Both the position numbers and the translations under genes were made by a program. The notes beneath the pieces were generated by a model. It did no database searches. It was not told the origin of the DNA and worked only from the letters and a program-made list of their open reading frames with translations. This document shows, in pieces, positions 9,633 through 18,656 of a stretch of 64,000 bases of DNA (within the stretch, counting starts at the first letter, position 1; the number at the start of each line of letters is the position of its first letter). The DNA is from Desulfatiglandales bacterium (GTDB taxonomy: Bacteria; Desulfobacterota; DSM-4660; Desulfatiglandales; HGW-15): positions 2,592,001 through 2,656,000 of the forward strand of contig CAXXJJ010000004.1 of assembly GCA_963667015.2 (NCBI GenBank), in the 5' to 3' direction.

Positions 9633-10673
9633 CTACTCCATAAGCCTTCTTAAATTCTCCCCAAAGGGCGGATAAACAATCCCCCTGTCCGTCACAATGG
9701 CGGTAATCAGTTCATGGGGGGTCACGTCAAAGGCCGGGTTGTATACCTTTACCCCTTCAGGGGCAATAAGCCTGCCATACCAGCTGGTAATCTCTTCAGG
9801 GTTCCTCTCCTCAATGGGGATATCCTTACCGGTTAGAGTATTCATATCCACGGTTGTTGACGGCGCAGCAATGTATACCGGCACATTAAAATATTTTGCC
9901 AGAACAGCAACGGACATGGTGCCGATCTTGTTTGCAATATCGCCGTTTGCAGCAACACGGTCGGTCCCCACAATCACCGCATCTATCTTTCCCTGGGACA
10001 TGACCATGCCGGCCATGCTGTCGCATATCAGAGTCACTTCAATGCCTGCCCGTTTCAGTTCATATGTTGTAAGGCGTGCGCCCTGGAGGTAGGGCCGGGT
10101 TTCATCAGCATACACCTTTATATTCCAGCCCCTTTCCTTTGCAATATACACCGGCGCAGTGGCTGTACCATAGCAGCCGGTTGCAAGGCTTCCTGCATTG
10201 CAGTGTGTAAGGATGGTCATACCGTCCTTTAAAAGTGTCAGCAGGTTTTCACCTATTAACCGGTTTATTTCATCCTCTGCCCTGTGGATCTTTATGGCCT
10301 CCTCCTCAAGGAGTTTTTTCATTGTTTTAATGGATTCATTCCTGAGTCCTTCCGCCTTTTTAATCATGCGCTCTATGGTGCCGAAAAGGTTTGATCCGGT
10401 AGGCCGGGCCTTTGCCAGTAACTCCCCGCTCTTTTTAAGAATCACCATAAATTCATCATGATCAGCACCCTCAACATCCTTTATGCTGAGAAACATACCG
10501 TATCCTGCGGCAATGCCTATCAGGGGCGCGCCGCGAAGCTCCATGTTTTTTATGGCATAAAATACATCTTCAACAGTGCTTTTAGGATTATACTCCTTGA
10601 CCTCAGGCAGTTTGACCTGGTTTAACACGTGCAGAACATGGTCTTTCCATTCAACAGGCTTTATAAATTCCAT
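9633..10673 (-). CDS. mtnA: S-methyl-5-thioribose-1-phosphate isomerase
   Basis: RGAPLIG, RPT, THCNAGSLAT, ETRPYLQGARLT, NKIGT, NPAFDVTP. Confidence 0.95.
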   Translation of the reverse strand: MEFIKPVEWKDHVLHVLNQVKLPEVKEYNPKSTVEDVFYAIKNMELRGAPLIGIAAGYGMFLSIKDVEGADHDEFMVILKKSGELLAKARPTGSNLFGTIERMIKKAEGLRNESIKTMKKLLEEEAIKIHRAEDEINRLIGENLLTLLKDGMTILTHCNAGSLATGCYGTATAPVYIAKERGWNIKVYADETRPYLQGARLTTYELKRAGIEVTLICDSMAGMVMSQGKIDAVIVGTDRVAANGDIANKIGTMSVAVLAKYFNVPVYIAAPSTTVDMNTLTGKDIPIEERNPEEITSWYGRLIAPEGVKVYNPAFDVTPHELITAIVTDRGIVYPPFGENLRRLME

Positions 10674-10916
10674 AACACTCTCTCCGTTTGTGTTGGCTGG
10701 TTACATTCAGGTACCGGGATTCCGGATATTTTTTTCCGGAATCAATAAGGTAGTACAATAATAAAGATTAAACAGCAATAAATCTTGCTCTGCTGCCATG
10801 CAATTTCCAGTTACGCAACTCTCAGGCCCGACCGTGGAATCCAGCATTTTTTGTCTTTCGTAGTGGCGAAAATCTTTCGCAAGCTTCTTTGCGTTCCATT
10901 CCGACTTTCAGATATT

Positions 10917-10978
10917 CTTGTACAAATTACTGGACAAGTAAATTTTTTATCACTATACTTGTACGATAAATAGAACAA
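10917..10978 (+). promoter_or_regulatory. Putative autoregulatory operator of yefM-yoeB
   Basis: Two similar imperfect palindromes, cttgtacaaattactggacaag and cttgtacgataaatagaacaa, containing the TGTAC(A) core known from YefM operators. Confidence 0.5.
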
Positions 10979-10993
10979 CTATGGAGACTATAA

Positions 10994-11245
10994 ATGAGAG
11001 TTATAAATTTTAGCGAAGCGAGAAATAAGCTGAAAACAATATTAGATCAGGTTATTGATGATGCGGACTATACTATAATTACACGAAGAGATGCTGAAGA
11101 TGCTGTAGTAATGTCCCTGGATACATTTAACAGCTATCTTGAAACATTTCATCTTTTAAAATCTCCTGCAAATGCAGAGCATCTTGCGAAGTCTATTGCT
11201 CAATATAAAAATGGTGAAGTGACCGAAAGAGAAATGGATGAATAA
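10994..11245 (+). CDS. yefM: Phd/YefM antitoxin
   Basis: FSEARNKLK...IITRR...AVVMSLD...ETFHLLKSPANA. Confidence 0.92.
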   Translation: MRVINFSEARNKLKTILDQVIDDADYTIITRRDAEDAVVMSLDTFNSYLETFHLLKSPANAEHLAKSIAQYKNGEVTEREMDE

Positions 11246-11501
11246 AAAACTCGCGTGGACAGATGAAGCCTGGAAAGACTATATATACTGGCAAACTCAG
11301 GATAAAAAAACACTAAAACGTATTAATAGACTTCTTGATGACATTAAACGAAATGACCCTTTTAAAGGCATAGGGAAACCGGAATCTCTAAGGGAAAACC
11401 TGAGCGGATTCTGGTCAAGAAGGATTGATGAAACAAATCGTTTAGTCTATGCAGTTGATGAAGTATATATTACAGTTATTTCCTGTCGATATCATTATTA
11501 A
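11238..11501 (+). CDS. yoeB: Txe/YoeB toxin
   Basis: AWKDYIYWQTQDKK...GIGKPE.L...LSGFWSRRI...CRYHY; overlaps yefM. Confidence 0.93.
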   Translation: MNKKLAWTDEAWKDYIYWQTQDKKTLKRINRLLDDIKRNDPFKGIGKPESLRENLSGFWSRRIDETNRLVYAVDEVYITVISCRYHY

Positions 11502-12133
11502 AAAAGAATCCTTTAACTCTCCACCATCAACAACTAAAACATTTCATTTTCGTTGTAGGCAGGCCTGATGCCTAGCCCGGCAAAACCCTGACGAAGACAA
11601 TTGTTCGCCCGGTTTTTCTGTATCAAGCAATTCTGCTTTACCAACAGGAACAGACCGAGGCATCCATCACCTGGCAGTCATCCCCCGAACAGTCTATCAT
11701 AGCGTCTTATCCCGGCGTAGCCTTGGCGAAGACTGAACCGTGGAATCTATAACTCAGCCGTCATTCCACGATTTGTCAAAGATCCCGAGCTGTTTTCGGG
11801 GATCGCGGAATCCAGTGCCTTTTGTCTTTCATAGTGTCAAAAAATCTTTCGCCAGCTTCTTTAACCCGGTATTCTCTCGTTTTTCTCGTTTTTCCCTCGT
11901 TCCAATGGGCCGCCGTTGGAACGCCGTATTGAGACGCTCTGCGTAGATTTTAAGTTTCCTGATGCACCGACCTCAGATCTCTGACTTCTTATTTATTGCC
12001 TCCCTGACAGCCTTTAGCTGTTGACATACCTACGATACTTTTTCATAATAACGTCCTCTTCAGATTAAACAGTAATACCTTTTCGTTGGCACAGGTTTTT
12101 GCATCTATTTCAATATAAGATTTCAGGGAAATC

Positions 12134-12553
12134 ATGGGCTATAGTTTAAGAGTATTCTTTATTGATAAAGACGACTACATTAAGAAGATACCTTTAACCC
12201 GTTTTGACAGAATCCGGGCAAGAGATCCCAAAGAAAAACTCCATGGATATAAAAATTCCAGAATCAGATATGCAGAGATAGTGGTAGAGCTTGCAAACAG
12301 AAAACCTGTTTTTATGGCAAGATCTGTTTTTGGTTATCTGCAATTTGACTCAGAGGGACTGCTTGATCAAAAGTTTATGGATGATGAGTGGGATATAATG
12401 TGCAATATCCTCCCATTATCTTCCCCGCCAGATGCTGATAAAAAGATTATATATGCCAATGACAGGTTCGCAGAAAAGAGGTTCAAAAATAAATTTAAAT
12501 GGTCGCCTTCTCCTGAACTTGAAAAGAAAATCTTTGATAAAATATTTGAATAA
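12134..12553 (+). CDS. Hypothetical protein
   Basis: 139-aa ORF with RBS; no recognised motif. Confidence 0.65.
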   Translation: MGYSLRVFFIDKDDYIKKIPLTRFDRIRARDPKEKLHGYKNSRIRYAEIVVELANRKPVFMARSVFGYLQFDSEGLLDQKFMDDEWDIMCNILPLSSPPDADKKIIYANDRFAEKRFKNKFKWSPSPELEKKIFDKIFE

Positions 12554-12816
12554 AATTTATTTACAGCATTGTTGAGTAAAAACCATCAACCTGATTATTT
12601 CGTTAGTGTCCTTAACTCGTAAGGGCAGTGCCCCTGTGCCTGCCCGGGTTTTGCTTTTTCTCTTTTATCTTTCATCGAAAAAAATTTTAAAATTAACCAG
12701 TCATATCATTTCAGTCTCAACGAATTACTGTCTTAAAAAGTTTTCCCGAATTACTTGAATCAATCAAAATATATTTGTTTTTTAACATCAGACCAGTTTC
12801 CGGATGGACACCAGAG

Positions 12817-13125
12817 GAAAATGACCTTGAGGCAAGGCGTATGTGCGTTGCGTAAAATCTTCAGCGTGAAAATTTATCGGTTATAGAAACAATAGAGACC
12901 ATTGTTGATCTTGTCGACTCCGAGCTTTGCGGTAATGAAGTGTATGACAGCATGGGTGAATCTGCCATGCATCGCTTGAAAAATCTACTTTCCAAACTGG
13001 ATTCAATCAGGAGCAGCAGAGACCGGGGCCCAAAGGTAGCAGATGAATCTAATATGCTGTTCCATAAATTTATGGAACAGGTGAAAAAAATCTTCAATAA
13101 CCTGCCCAAGTCATTGAAATGGTGA
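12817..13125 (+). pseudogene. ParB/Spo0J-like gene fragment
   Basis: In frame: ENDLEARRMCVA*NLQRENLSVIE; the ParB ENLQREDL motif has GAA changed to TAA at 12853-12855. Confidence 0.55.
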
Positions 13126-13202
13126 TCATTTTACGAAAATGACCTCCAGATTTTAATGGACACCTATGAGATGAGGAAAGACAGGCTAAAGTTGGTTAGT
13201 CT

Positions 13203-13546
13203 GACCATACAAAACTACGAGCTTTTAAACTGGCGGATGACTTGGCATTAGATATTTACAAGGTAACAAGGTTATTTCCCAAAGAGGAATTATTTGGACA
13301 CAAATAAGAAGAGTAGCTGTTTCAGTGCCATCAAACATTGTGGAGGGATGTGCGAGAGAGAGTCAAAGTGAATATTTGCGTTTTCTTGAAATTGCCTTTG
13401 GATCGCTGAGAGAACTTCACTATCTATTTGGATTGTCCGAAAGACTTGGATATCTCGATAAGTGTGAGGATAGCATCTATGGAACTAAGATAATAGAAAC
13501 TGAAAAGGTTCTATCAGCATTGTTACGAGCGATGCGCAAATCCTAA
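13203..13546 (+). pseudogene. Four-helix-bundle (23S rRNA IVP-like) protein, frameshifted
   Basis: DHTKLRAFKLADDLALDIYKVTRLFPKEELFG / QIRRVAVSVPSNIVEGCAR, with a small deletion near 13298. Confidence 0.8.
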
Positions 13547-13623
13547 CAGTTTTTAGGTTGAGGTTATTGGGATTCCCTAACAGCCTTCAGTCTCAACTGC
13601 TTCAGCCTGTTTTTTTAGCGTGG

Positions 13624-13774
13624 ACATCCGAATCGGCTACAATGAGATCGAGCTAAGGCGCAGAGTAAAAGCATGTGGAGGAAGATGGGAGCCTCAAAGA
13701 AAAGTGTGGCAGCTTCCTTATGAAAAGGTAAAAGAACTTGATTTATTAAATAGGATTATTGAAGATGAGTCTTG
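13624..13774 (+). pseudogene. C-terminal fragment of a duplicated small hypothetical gene
   Basis: IRIGYNEIELRRRVKACGGRWEPQRKVWQLPYEKVKELDL; DNA similar to about 14015-14200. Confidence 0.6.
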
Positions 13775-13814
13775 AAAAATAATTATATATAGACATTTAT
13801 CAAACAGGGGAAAA

Positions 13815-14136
13815 ATGAGAGTAAAACGAATCATGCATCCAGGGCAGCCCGGTACTAAAAAGCTCATGAAAAAATATGGAAATAAGATGCTCTGTGTACG
13901 ATACAGGTATGATGAGGAGAAGATGATGATGTATAAGACAATAGAAATCATCATTGATGCGAAACCCTGGCAGGGAAAAACCAAAAAAAATGCCAAAACT
14001 TAAAAACATGTACATACGCATTGGCTACAATGAGATCTATTTATTTAGCCGGATAAAAAAATGGAGGAAGATGTTATCCTCAAAGAAGAGTCAGGGGCAG
14101 TTTCCTTATGAAAAGGTGATAGAGCTTGATTTATAA
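13815..14136 (+). pseudogene. Small basic hypothetical protein (PGQPGTKK...LCVRYRYD), frameshifted, just upstream of the attI-like site
   Basis: ORFs 13815-14003 and 13954-14136 join across an A-run near 13983-13990. Confidence 0.65.
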
Positions 14137-14168
14137 GGGAGGATTGTTGATAATTAGCCCTGAAAATT

Positions 14169-14299
14169 GGTTATATATGCACATTTATAAAGCAGGCAAA
14201 AAATGTAAAAATGGTTACGTGTAACTATAATAAAATGGTTACATATATCCAATTTTTTTAGACCTGGTTATATATAACCATAATTGTTTATATATAACC
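14169..14299. repeat. Five 14-bp palindromic boxes, consensus GGTTAYATATAACC
   Basis: Copies start at 14169, 14213, 14237, 14266 (perfect palindrome) and 14286. Confidence 0.8.
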
Positions 14300-14319
14300 A
14301 TTTTTTAAACCGGCTCTAA

Positions 14320-14341
14320 ACCGCTTAATAACATGTTGGGC
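14320..14341 (+). other. Putative integron attI site
   Basis: cttaataacatGTTGGGC; GTTGGGC is the exact reverse complement of GCCCAAC, which opens the first attC; no attC hairpin precedes it. Confidence 0.7.
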
Positions 14342-14472
14342 AGTTTAGTAATTGCACATTTTGAATTTATTAATAGGGCGTATTCATCAAATACAATTTG
14401 GGGTACTCACGGTATTGGCTGCATTTAAAAGGGGCACATCCATTCCTGACTTTTTTCAAAAAGGAGAGAACA

Positions 14473-15591
14473 ATGAATAATCGTGTTTTTTATATTGCGG
14501 TATTTTTATTCATATCCGTTTTTGCTTTCTCAACCAGCGCCCAAAATACCTCGGATTGGAAAGATCCATCACCACATAGAATTCAGTTTATAACCGTTGA
14601 AAAAGATGTTCAACTGGAGGTTCTCGATTGGGGTGGTTCCGGGCGACCAGTTGTATTGCTCGCAGGGCTGGGTTACACAGCACATGTCTATGATGATTTC
14701 GCACAAAAATTGACGAAGGATTACCATGTAATTGGGATTACTCGGCGAGGTTTTGGTGCGTCTAGCAAACCAGATTCAGGTTATGAGGCAGATCGGCTTG
14801 GTGATGACGTGGTAGCTGTTTTAGACAGTATGAAGTTGGATCATCCTGTATTGGTTGGACACTCTATAGCAGGAGAGGAGTTGAGTTCTGTGGCTACGCG
14901 TTTTCCGAACCGTGTATCGGGTTTAATTTATCTCGATGCCGCATATGATTATGCGTTTGATGGTAGCGGCAGGATTGAGAAAAAAATGGCAGAACACTCC
15001 GAACTTGCGGCACAAACCCCATCAAATGAAAAAACAGAGGCTTTATCAAGTACGGAAAAGCCCAAACAATCGAGTGCTGAGAATTCAGGGCCACAGAATA
15101 TTCTTGACACAATAAGACCGCCGGTACCGAGCGAGGCAGATCTTGCCAGCATTTCCGCTTTCCGTTCTTGGGCGGAGCAAACCAACGGATACACTGTACC
15201 GGAAGCTGAGATGAGACGAAGACTGATTATTGATTCTGACGGGAGGATAAGCGGGCGTCGAGAAGAGCCTATGGCAGCACTTCATGCCGGGCAGTCGATT
15301 TCAGAAGGTATGAAGAGTTACAAAAATATCCCAGTCTTATGTCTTGCTATTTATGCAGATCATTCCGCTGATAATCCTTGGTTGAAAGAGACTGGACCTG
15401 AAGCGCAAAAGGAAATTGCAAAAATCAGGTCTAAAGAAATAACTGAGGACGAGGAAATCAAAGCAGCCTTTGAAAAAGGTATTCCAAATTCTAGAGTTGT
15501 GACATTATCTGATTCCAATCATTTCTTGTTCATCACAAACGAAGATGAAGTATTACGAGAAATGCATAACTTCTTAGAAAGTCTACCATAG
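14473..15591 (+). CDS. Secreted alpha/beta hydrolase (cassette 1)
   Basis: Signal peptide, DWGGSG, RRGFGAS, GHSIAG nucleophile elbow, C-terminal His. Confidence 0.85.
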   Translation: MNNRVFYIAVFLFISVFAFSTSAQNTSDWKDPSPHRIQFITVEKDVQLEVLDWGGSGRPVVLLAGLGYTAHVYDDFAQKLTKDYHVIGITRRGFGASSKPDSGYEADRLGDDVVAVLDSMKLDHPVLVGHSIAGEELSSVATRFPNRVSGLIYLDAAYDYAFDGSGRIEKKMAEHSELAAQTPSNEKTEALSSTEKPKQSSAENSGPQNILDTIRPPVPSEADLASISAFRSWAEQTNGYTVPEAEMRRRLIIDSDGRISGRREEPMAALHAGQSISEGMKSYKNIPVLCLAIYADHSADNPWLKETGPEAQKEIAKIRSKEITEDEEIKAAFEKGIPNSRVVTLSDSNHFLFITNEDEVLREMHNFLESLP

Positions 15592-15690
15592 TATATAAAA
15601 AGGTTTTATAGGGCGAAAGCAATTAAAAAGCGGTATTGTTCGGAAGACCTTATCTGATATACTTTATTTTAGTAAGAATCATGAGTAATC

Positions 15691-15757
15691 GCCCAACATT
15701 TGCATTAAGTCGGATTTGGCTAAAAGACAGCCAACCCGCTTATGCAAGGCGTTATAG
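15691..15757 (+). other. attC site 1
   Basis: GCCCAAC...ttgcattaag...cttatgcaa...GTTATAG. Confidence 0.9.
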
Positions 15758-15767
15758 GCCATGAAAC

Positions 15768-16070
15768 GTGAATATGAAAAAAGATAAAAGTGAATCAATT
15801 ATTCCTGTATTACTTGTGGCCTTAATTTTTATTTCAATTATTGCAGGTGTCTTTGACACTTATTTTTATGGTGAGTTTTTATCAACAAAAGGTATATCAA
15901 GGTGGTCGTTAAAATTAGTGAACCCCAAATATATTCTTGAGTATTTAACATCATCGATTGGGGCAACACTCACAATTTTATCTCTATCACCATGGTTATT
16001 TCTTTTAGCAATTGTTTATTGGCCAGATGTATTTCATAAAAAAAACAGGCTATATCGGGATAGGAAGTAG
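15768..16070 (+). CDS. Small membrane protein (cassette 2); native stop codon split by the intron
   Basis: Two hydrophobic segments; without the intron the 3' end reads ...aac agg cta taa. Confidence 0.65.
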   Translation: MNMKKDKSESIIPVLLVALIFISIIAGVFDTYFYGEFLSTKGISRWSLKLVNPKYILEYLTSSIGATLTILSLSPWLFLLAIVYWPDVFHKKNRLYRDRK

Positions 16071-18165
16071 CCTCACGACTACTCCCTCCCACACCACGCA
16101 GCATACGGGTCCGTACAACGCGGTTCGGCTGATCGAAGGCAGAAATCAGTTCCAGGGGAACACAAGCCCAAGCGATGAAAAGTATTTATTAGGTAGTGCA
16201 TACTGAACCCATTCAACTCTGCTCATTCTCCATGGACCCTTTCGGGCACATCCGGTAGTAACAGCTTCATCTTTTCTAACTCCTCTTTTGAGGAGTTCAC
16301 CTACACGGGTTCTGCGGTTCTTCCAGTGTTTCCAGATAACAGCCCGAAGGCGTCGCCTGATCCAACTGGGCAAGAGCTTTATTCGGTTGTAGGACTCGGT
16401 AATACCATAATAGTTCCACCAACCTCTCATATAATCATTAAGCTCTTTGATCACCTGCACAATACTGCGCCCTCTATTGCGGGCTGTGATTTCCTTTACC
16501 CGCTCCTTAAACCTCTTGATACTCTTCCAATGAATACGTATCTTGGGATTCGTGCTTGAGTTTGTTACGCAGAATCCCAGATACTTACTTTTCCATGGGA
16601 GGCTAATGGCGCTCTTTTCCCGGTTCACCTTTAATCTCAACTTCTTTTCTATAAACCGGGTTATACTACTCATCACTCGATTCGCTGCCGGTTTGCTTTT
16701 GACAAATATGACACAGTCATCAGCATACCTGACAAAACGAAGACCACGCTTCTCAAGCTCTTTATCCAGTTCATCAAGAACAATATTACTGAGCAAGGGG
16801 GAAAGTGGGCCGCCTTGAGGTGTACCCTCTCTCATTGGCTCTACAAGACCTCCAATCATTACACCGGATGTCAGAAACCTGCGGATGAGCTTCAATACCC
16901 TCTTATCCTTTATCCTGGCAGCAAGACGACTCATTAGTCTGTCATGATTTACCCTGTCAAAGAACTTGGATATATCAATATCAACCACATACTTATACCC
17001 TGCCCTCAGATACTCTCGGTACTGACGAACAGCACCATGCTGAGAGCGTTCTGGGCGGAAGCCAAAGCTCATCTCCGAAAAGGTATAATCCCAGATACTT
17101 GTAAATACCTGAGCCACTGCCTGCTGAATCACCCTGTCCAGTACTGTGGGAATCCCGAGAAGGCGGATTCCGCCGTCCGGTTTTTCAATCTCCTTTTGCA
17201 ATACCGGCATGGGCATATATGTTCCATCCAGCAGGGCCTTTTCGATCTTGTCCCGGTGCCTTTGATAATACCTGTTTATTTTACTTACAGTCATACCGTC
17301 CACACCGGGGGCTCCCTTGTTCTTGATGACCCGCCTGATAGCGCGTCTCATGTTGTTCCGCTCACAGATTGACTCCATGAGTCCCGCCCAACATCGGCGG
17401 GATCGGGCTTTCGGATAGACGCGACGCAATAAAATCTTCGGAACTCGTATCCGTTTTAGCCCTTGGGCCGGGATCTATCGAGTACAACTCAAGTTGTTTC
17501 CACTGCCGCAATGATTTCATTAGACTCGTCTCCTATTAACCTCTCTCATTTACCCCTGCCATTCGACAGGTGGCACCGTTCGGGCCTTATTCCTTAGTAC
17601 CGACTGTACTCAGGAACTATTATGCCCTCTGCTGACTCCCACTACGCGATAGTCTCCCCTTGCGGTTTGATCACTCATTGGTTTCTACCGCCTGCGCCCT
17701 CTGTTTGTTTACCCTGCCCTGCAGGACAGGCTCATCATTTGCCGGGACGCCCGGTCATTTGATGCCGGGGATTTTTTTCCGGTTTTCCCGATATTCCGGT
17801 AGCTTACAGCGATAGATCTTCTGAGACGCAATGGACCTCCCGGGGTAAGCCTCGGCTACTTTCAGCGCACGATTGTCAGATATACTTGGTTCAGCCATGT
17901 AACGGATATAGGACTTTATCCTGTGTTGCGGACTCGTCCCGACATCCCCCAGCCTAATCTGCCTGCCCTCTACCAGTTAAGGTACGGGGCATACCTGTAC
18001 GTCAACCCACGCTTTTGTCTTAGGCTTCCTTCAGGCACATATTCCTTTCAGTACCCTTGCCCTCGACTATCCTTCGGCTCCGTCAGCCTGGATATGGACT
18101 TTGCAGTGTATTTGTGTCAAAATACCTCCGCATCACCATTTAGCAGCCGGACCAGCCCGGCACAC
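16054..18165 (-). mobile_element. Group IIC (attC-targeting) intron
   Basis: Minus strand starts GTGTG at 18165; domain V gaaccgcgttgtacggacccgtatgctgcgtggt; ends cctatcccgAT at 16054; removal restores attC2 (CTATAAC...GTTATTT). Confidence 0.92.
16146..17429 (-). CDS. ltrA: Group II intron reverse transcriptase/maturase (no endonuclease domain)
   Basis: NKGAPGVDG, RLLGIPTVLDR, GTPQGGPLSPLL, RYADD, domain X; true start may be 17378. Confidence 0.95.
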   Translation of the reverse strand: MRRVYPKARSRRCWAGLMESICERNNMRRAIRRVIKNKGAPGVDGMTVSKINRYYQRHRDKIEKALLDGTYMPMPVLQKEIEKPDGGIRLLGIPTVLDRVIQQAVAQVFTSIWDYTFSEMSFGFRPERSQHGAVRQYREYLRAGYKYVVDIDISKFFDRVNHDRLMSRLAARIKDKRVLKLIRRFLTSGVMIGGLVEPMREGTPQGGPLSPLLSNIVLDELDKELEKRGLRFVRYADDCVIFVKSKPAANRVMSSITRFIEKKLRLKVNREKSAISLPWKSKYLGFCVTNSSTNPKIRIHWKSIKRFKERVKEITARNRGRSIVQVIKELNDYMRGWWNYYGITESYNRIKLLPSWIRRRLRAVIWKHWKNRRTRVGELLKRGVRKDEAVTTGCARKGPWRMSRVEWVQYALPNKYFSSLGLVFPWN

Positions 18166-18228
18166 AACCCGCTAATCTACCGGACCTGGCTGAAACGCTT
18201 GCCAGGCCGGTAATCAGCACCGTTATTT
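18166..18228 (+). other. attC site 2, right part (left core CTAT at 16050-16053)
   Basis: aac...taccggacctggc...gccaggccggta...GTTATTT. Confidence 0.85.
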
Positions 18229-18253
18229 TTCGTAATAAATTTGGGAAACTATT

Positions 18254-18478
18254 TTGAGTACACTTAAAGACATCCTTTTAATCTTGATTGGTATAATCGT
18301 AGTTGCCTTTTCTCTATATCAAAAATTTGTATTGGGGGTTAACTTCTTCCTGAAAGGTTGGGGTATATACGAACAAAAAGATTTTGGAGCAATTTTCTAT
18401 TTTGTTATAGGTGCAGGGTGCATTGTATATGGTATTTTTGATCCAAATGCAAAATGGAATATACCAAAGAAAAAATAA
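18254..18478 (+). CDS. Small two-TM membrane protein (cassette 3)
   Basis: Stop codon lies inside the attC inverse core AAATAAC. Confidence 0.7.
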   Translation: MSTLKDILLILIGIIVVAFSLYQKFVLGVNFFLKGWGIYEQKDFGAIFYFVIGAGCIVYGIFDPNAKWNIPKKK

Positions 18479-18603
18479 CAAACCAATAAACTCAGACCGG
18501 GCTACTCTCTTGCCAGATCGGGATTGAGTTTAACATAGCAACAATTAAGGTCGGCAAATACTTAATAAATTAAAACGCCCGGCTGGTTATCGGCGCGTTA
18601 AGT
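18473..18603 (+). other. attC site 3
   Basis: AAATAAC...ccaataaac..agaccgggc...gcccggctggttatcgg...GTTAAGT. Confidence 0.85.
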
Positions 18604-18656
18604 GGAGTTGGTTCACAAAATGCTGAGTTATCTTGCATTTAAAACCAAAACGAAAA

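Noticed and set aside
12087..12103. Sigma54 promoter TGGCAC...TTGCA upstream of 12134
   Set aside because: GG-to-GC spacing is one base longer than the strict -24/-12 requirement (unless the T run is miscalled)
14169..14299. Palindromic boxes as a mini-CRISPR
   Set aside because: Repeats are only 14 bp with irregular 6-30 bp gaps; more like protein-binding sites
16146..17429. RT as retron, DGR or defence RT
   Set aside because: Has domain X, flanking domain V/VI and GUGYG...AY ends typical of a group II intron
17923..18213. 96-aa ORF
   Set aside because: Antisense to the structured 5' part of the intron and runs into attC2
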